Origin: Octopus sinensis
Lineage: Eukaryota
Reading direction: 5' to 3'
Length of the DNA: 64,000 nucleotides
Assembly (NCBI RefSeq): GCF_006345805.1
Contig: NC_043003.1
Span: 79,608,001-79,672,000 of the forward strand
Shown: piece after piece, positions 61,211 through 64,000 of the stretch
Layout of the letters: each line of letters begins with the position of its first letter
How positions within the stretch are numbered: the first letter of the stretch is position 1
Notes under the pieces: generated by a model
What the model was told of the DNA's origin: nothing
Seen by the model: the letters and a program-made list of their open reading frames with translations, nothing else
The model's database searches: none
Program-made: the position numbers and the translations under genes

Positions 61211-61248
61211 TTTGATCTTGTCTTCGATTATTTTCTTTGCTCTCCTTT
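61211..61248 (-). CDS. Candidate 38-nt micro-exon, (E)RRAKKIIEDKIK
   Basis: TTATTTGTACAG| acceptor and |GTAAGC donor; ends in phase 0, compatible with 26346-26705. Confidence 0.2.
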
Positions 61249-61764
61249 CTGTACAAATAACATGTTAGACAATTGTATTATTTTACATTTAGATTATATA
61301 TATTTACTCTACGGTCATGTTTTCATACAGCATTCGTTTGCATGACTCTTCGTCAATGTCTACGCGCAGGCGCGCAGGCACGCACACATACACGCACAAT
61401 TTACTTATTTGCATATAGTATTTGATGTCATGCGTTTGGTGAACAATAGCGTCGTTGGCTACTGATTTCCAACAACAGACCAATCACTGGTTCACCTTAC
61501 CACACCAACTCCGAAGGGAGTGTTTATGCAGCTCAGGCAGAACAAATACCATAAGGTATGTTTTTGCTTTTTTCAAACGCAGTGATTTATAGGTTTTCTC
61601 ATTGATACTTATATCGTTTACGATGTATATCAGCGGAAAATACGCACACACGCACATACACATAACTATATATATATATATATATATATACATACATACG
61701 TACATACATACATACATACTTACATACATACATACATCTTTTATAATATATGTATATATATATA

Positions 61765-62400
61765 CTAGCAGTATCGCCCGGCGTTGCTCGGGTTTGTAAG
61801 GGAAATAACTACATAAGCATTTTTAGAGAGTTATAGCAAAAAAATAGCAAAAAATGCATTAAAAATGGAAAAAATATGATGGTAAATTTCTTTTTAAATC
61901 GTTGACTCATCGTAGACATTTTTAGAGAGTTACTTCCCTTATATAATAGCGAAAAAATGCATTAAAATGGAAAAAAAACAATGGTAAATTTTTTTTAAAT
62001 CGTAGACTCATGTAGACGCTTTCTTAGCCATTTCTGTTTTGGTGTCTTCAAGCCATGAAGTCGTTGTTCTAAAAGAACACTGGTCTCCTTGACAACGCAT
62101 TACGACGTTGATTTCCTTACACTCCCTTCCCCACAGGTGCAGGTGTGAGCGTGGACGCCAACTCCGCCGCCATCGACACACAAAAAATTATGCATTAAAA
62201 TGGAATAAAAAATGATGTTAAATTATTTTTAAAATCGTAGACTCATCGTAGACGCGCGCTAATATTCAGACGGCTCGATATGAATCACGACTATAAGCTA
62301 CCCGAATTTGGTTAAACTGTACCGCAAAATGTGGAGTAGTTAGGAATCTAAATCGAAGGGGACAGACACACTCACACAACTACAGTTTTATATATATAGA
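61765..62400 (-). mobile_element. Helitron-like family A (longer copy with internal duplications)
   Basis: Same termini as 548-939 and 22312-22670; repeated ATTAAAATGGAAAAAA..ATCGTAGACTCAT blocks. Confidence 0.72.
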
Positions 62401-62449
62401 TATACATAGCGCAGTAGTGGTGAGATATGACAGCAAAGAAAAGCATACA

Positions 62450-62775
62450 TTCACTCTCTGCATGCAATTAGACTCGGAAAGTTCGTGAGGAACCCATTGA
62501 CCCAATTTGATGACTTTTCCGATAGCACACAGGTGTCATTGAATGGTTGAATGACCAATCCAAGCTTCTCTGCTAGTTCCTCAACAGTTACGATGATATT
62601 TTGTTCCACCAGGGTTTTCAGGATGTCCTTGTCGAGTTCTACAGATCTTTCAGGATGAGGCTCGTCTTCTAGGCTGTAGTTTATATGGCTCGATTTCTGG
62701 AACCACCATTGACACTGCCTTACGCTTATTGTCCAATCCCCATATACTGCATTAATATTTCTTGTACTTTGCACA
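62450..62775 (-). pseudogene. mariner transposase N-terminal HTH remnant
   Basis: RNINAVYGDWTISVRQCQWWFQK..YSLEDEPHPERSVELDKDILKTLVEQNIIVTVEELAEKLG. Confidence 0.85.
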
Positions 62776-63658
62776 CATTTATATTCTGTTATTCTTTATA
62801 TGTTTCAGCCTTGAGGTTGTGGCCATGCTGGATCATGTGTGTGTGGGTGTGTGTGTGTGTCTATCTGTCTGTCTGTCTGTATGTATATATGTATATGTAT
62901 GTGTGTGAACAATAATATTTTCAACAGATGTGTTGCAAATGTATCTGATTGTTCTCAAGCTTCAATACTGTGTGTGTGTGTATGTGTGTGTGTGTATGTA
63001 TGTATGTATATGTATGTATGTATGTATATGTATGTATGTATGTATGTGTGATGTATGTATGTGTGTATGTATGTGTGTGTGTATGTGTGTGTGTTGTATG
63101 TATGTATGTATGTATGTTGTATGTATGTATGAGTGTATGTTTACTTTATTACTAATTACTCTCTCCAAGAACATTTTCACTCACTCTTAGCTCTTAGCTT
63201 CCCATACATTTTACTCATGTATCTATCAGCATCATAGACAGAATACTTTCACTTTAGTCTTCCTCAAATCACTCTGTCGCTATTTACTTTCATTTTATTC
63301 GTTGCCCACTGTGTGTGTGCGTTTGCGTGTGGTGTAAACCAGACTAAGAAAAGCATTTGACACACACACCAGAATGTGAGTTTTCTGTAAATTTTGCTTA
63401 ATTGGAGTTTAAATTTTAAAAACTGGACCTGGCATGACGCGATGCATTGTACTCTCAAAAATGCTAGGTAAATTGTAATTGAAGAAATCCTATATTGTAG
63501 ATTTGTATAACTCCCAAAGGGAGGCAGATAAAATCTGCCTTTTATAATAAGAGATTCAATAATGCCTTGTAGTTTAATCTTATTGACGGAAAATATATAG
63601 AAAACCGTTGTGTCTGTGTGTAGGTAGCTAGATCGGTGTATGTGCATCCACACAATAC

Positions 63659-63746
<88 letters not shown>

Positions 63747-64000
63747 ACTCACACGTACGCAAAGGGTTTCTGTAAAATTAAATTGCAAGGTATTGGTGAA
63801 CCCAAAGTTAGGCCGTAAACCGAGTTTGAACTGAGTTCTTTTAGTATCCCTGTGCTATTATGTTCGTTTCAGGATGTTTCTACCTTTCGTTGCTGTAATC
63901 TGTTGACACCTTCCATTTGCGTTGCCTTTATAATTTGGCATTGGCATAACATTTTTTAAAAATCCTATAAGATCTAATTGAAATTAAAGGAAATATTTTT

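Noticed and set aside
61450-61555. Plus-strand exon ending at AG|GTATGT
   Set aside because: Weak acceptor, no recognisable peptide, and it conflicts with the minus-strand candidates.

Overview
AT-rich eukaryotic, repeat-saturated intronic/intergenic DNA. The SINE families and microsatellite density point to a coleoid cephalopod, most likely Octopus (inference). No intact protein-coding gene, rRNA, true tRNA or CRISPR array is supported. The window is a mosaic of microsatellites, several tRNA-derived SINE families (one forming head-to-tail arrays), and decayed LINEs (R4/Dong, Tx1/L1, CRE). It also holds Penelope-like elements and their pLTR derivatives, a Ty3/Gypsy remnant, Tc1/mariner/Tigger remnants, non-autonomous Helitron-like elements and a Crypton-like foldback. 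Two weak minus-strand exon candidates may belong to a host gene. The most striking observation is a structured RNA motif found in six copies from three very divergent short-repeat subfamilies. It contains all hammerhead ribozyme catalytic nucleotides and helices I, II and III with compensatory sequence changes, but the strands are in a non-circularly-permuted, pseudoknotted order that matches none of hammerhead types I, II or III. Several ordinary minimal type-I hammerheads, including a U3-A8 compensatory variant, are also present. All RNA structures were derived by eye and are untested.
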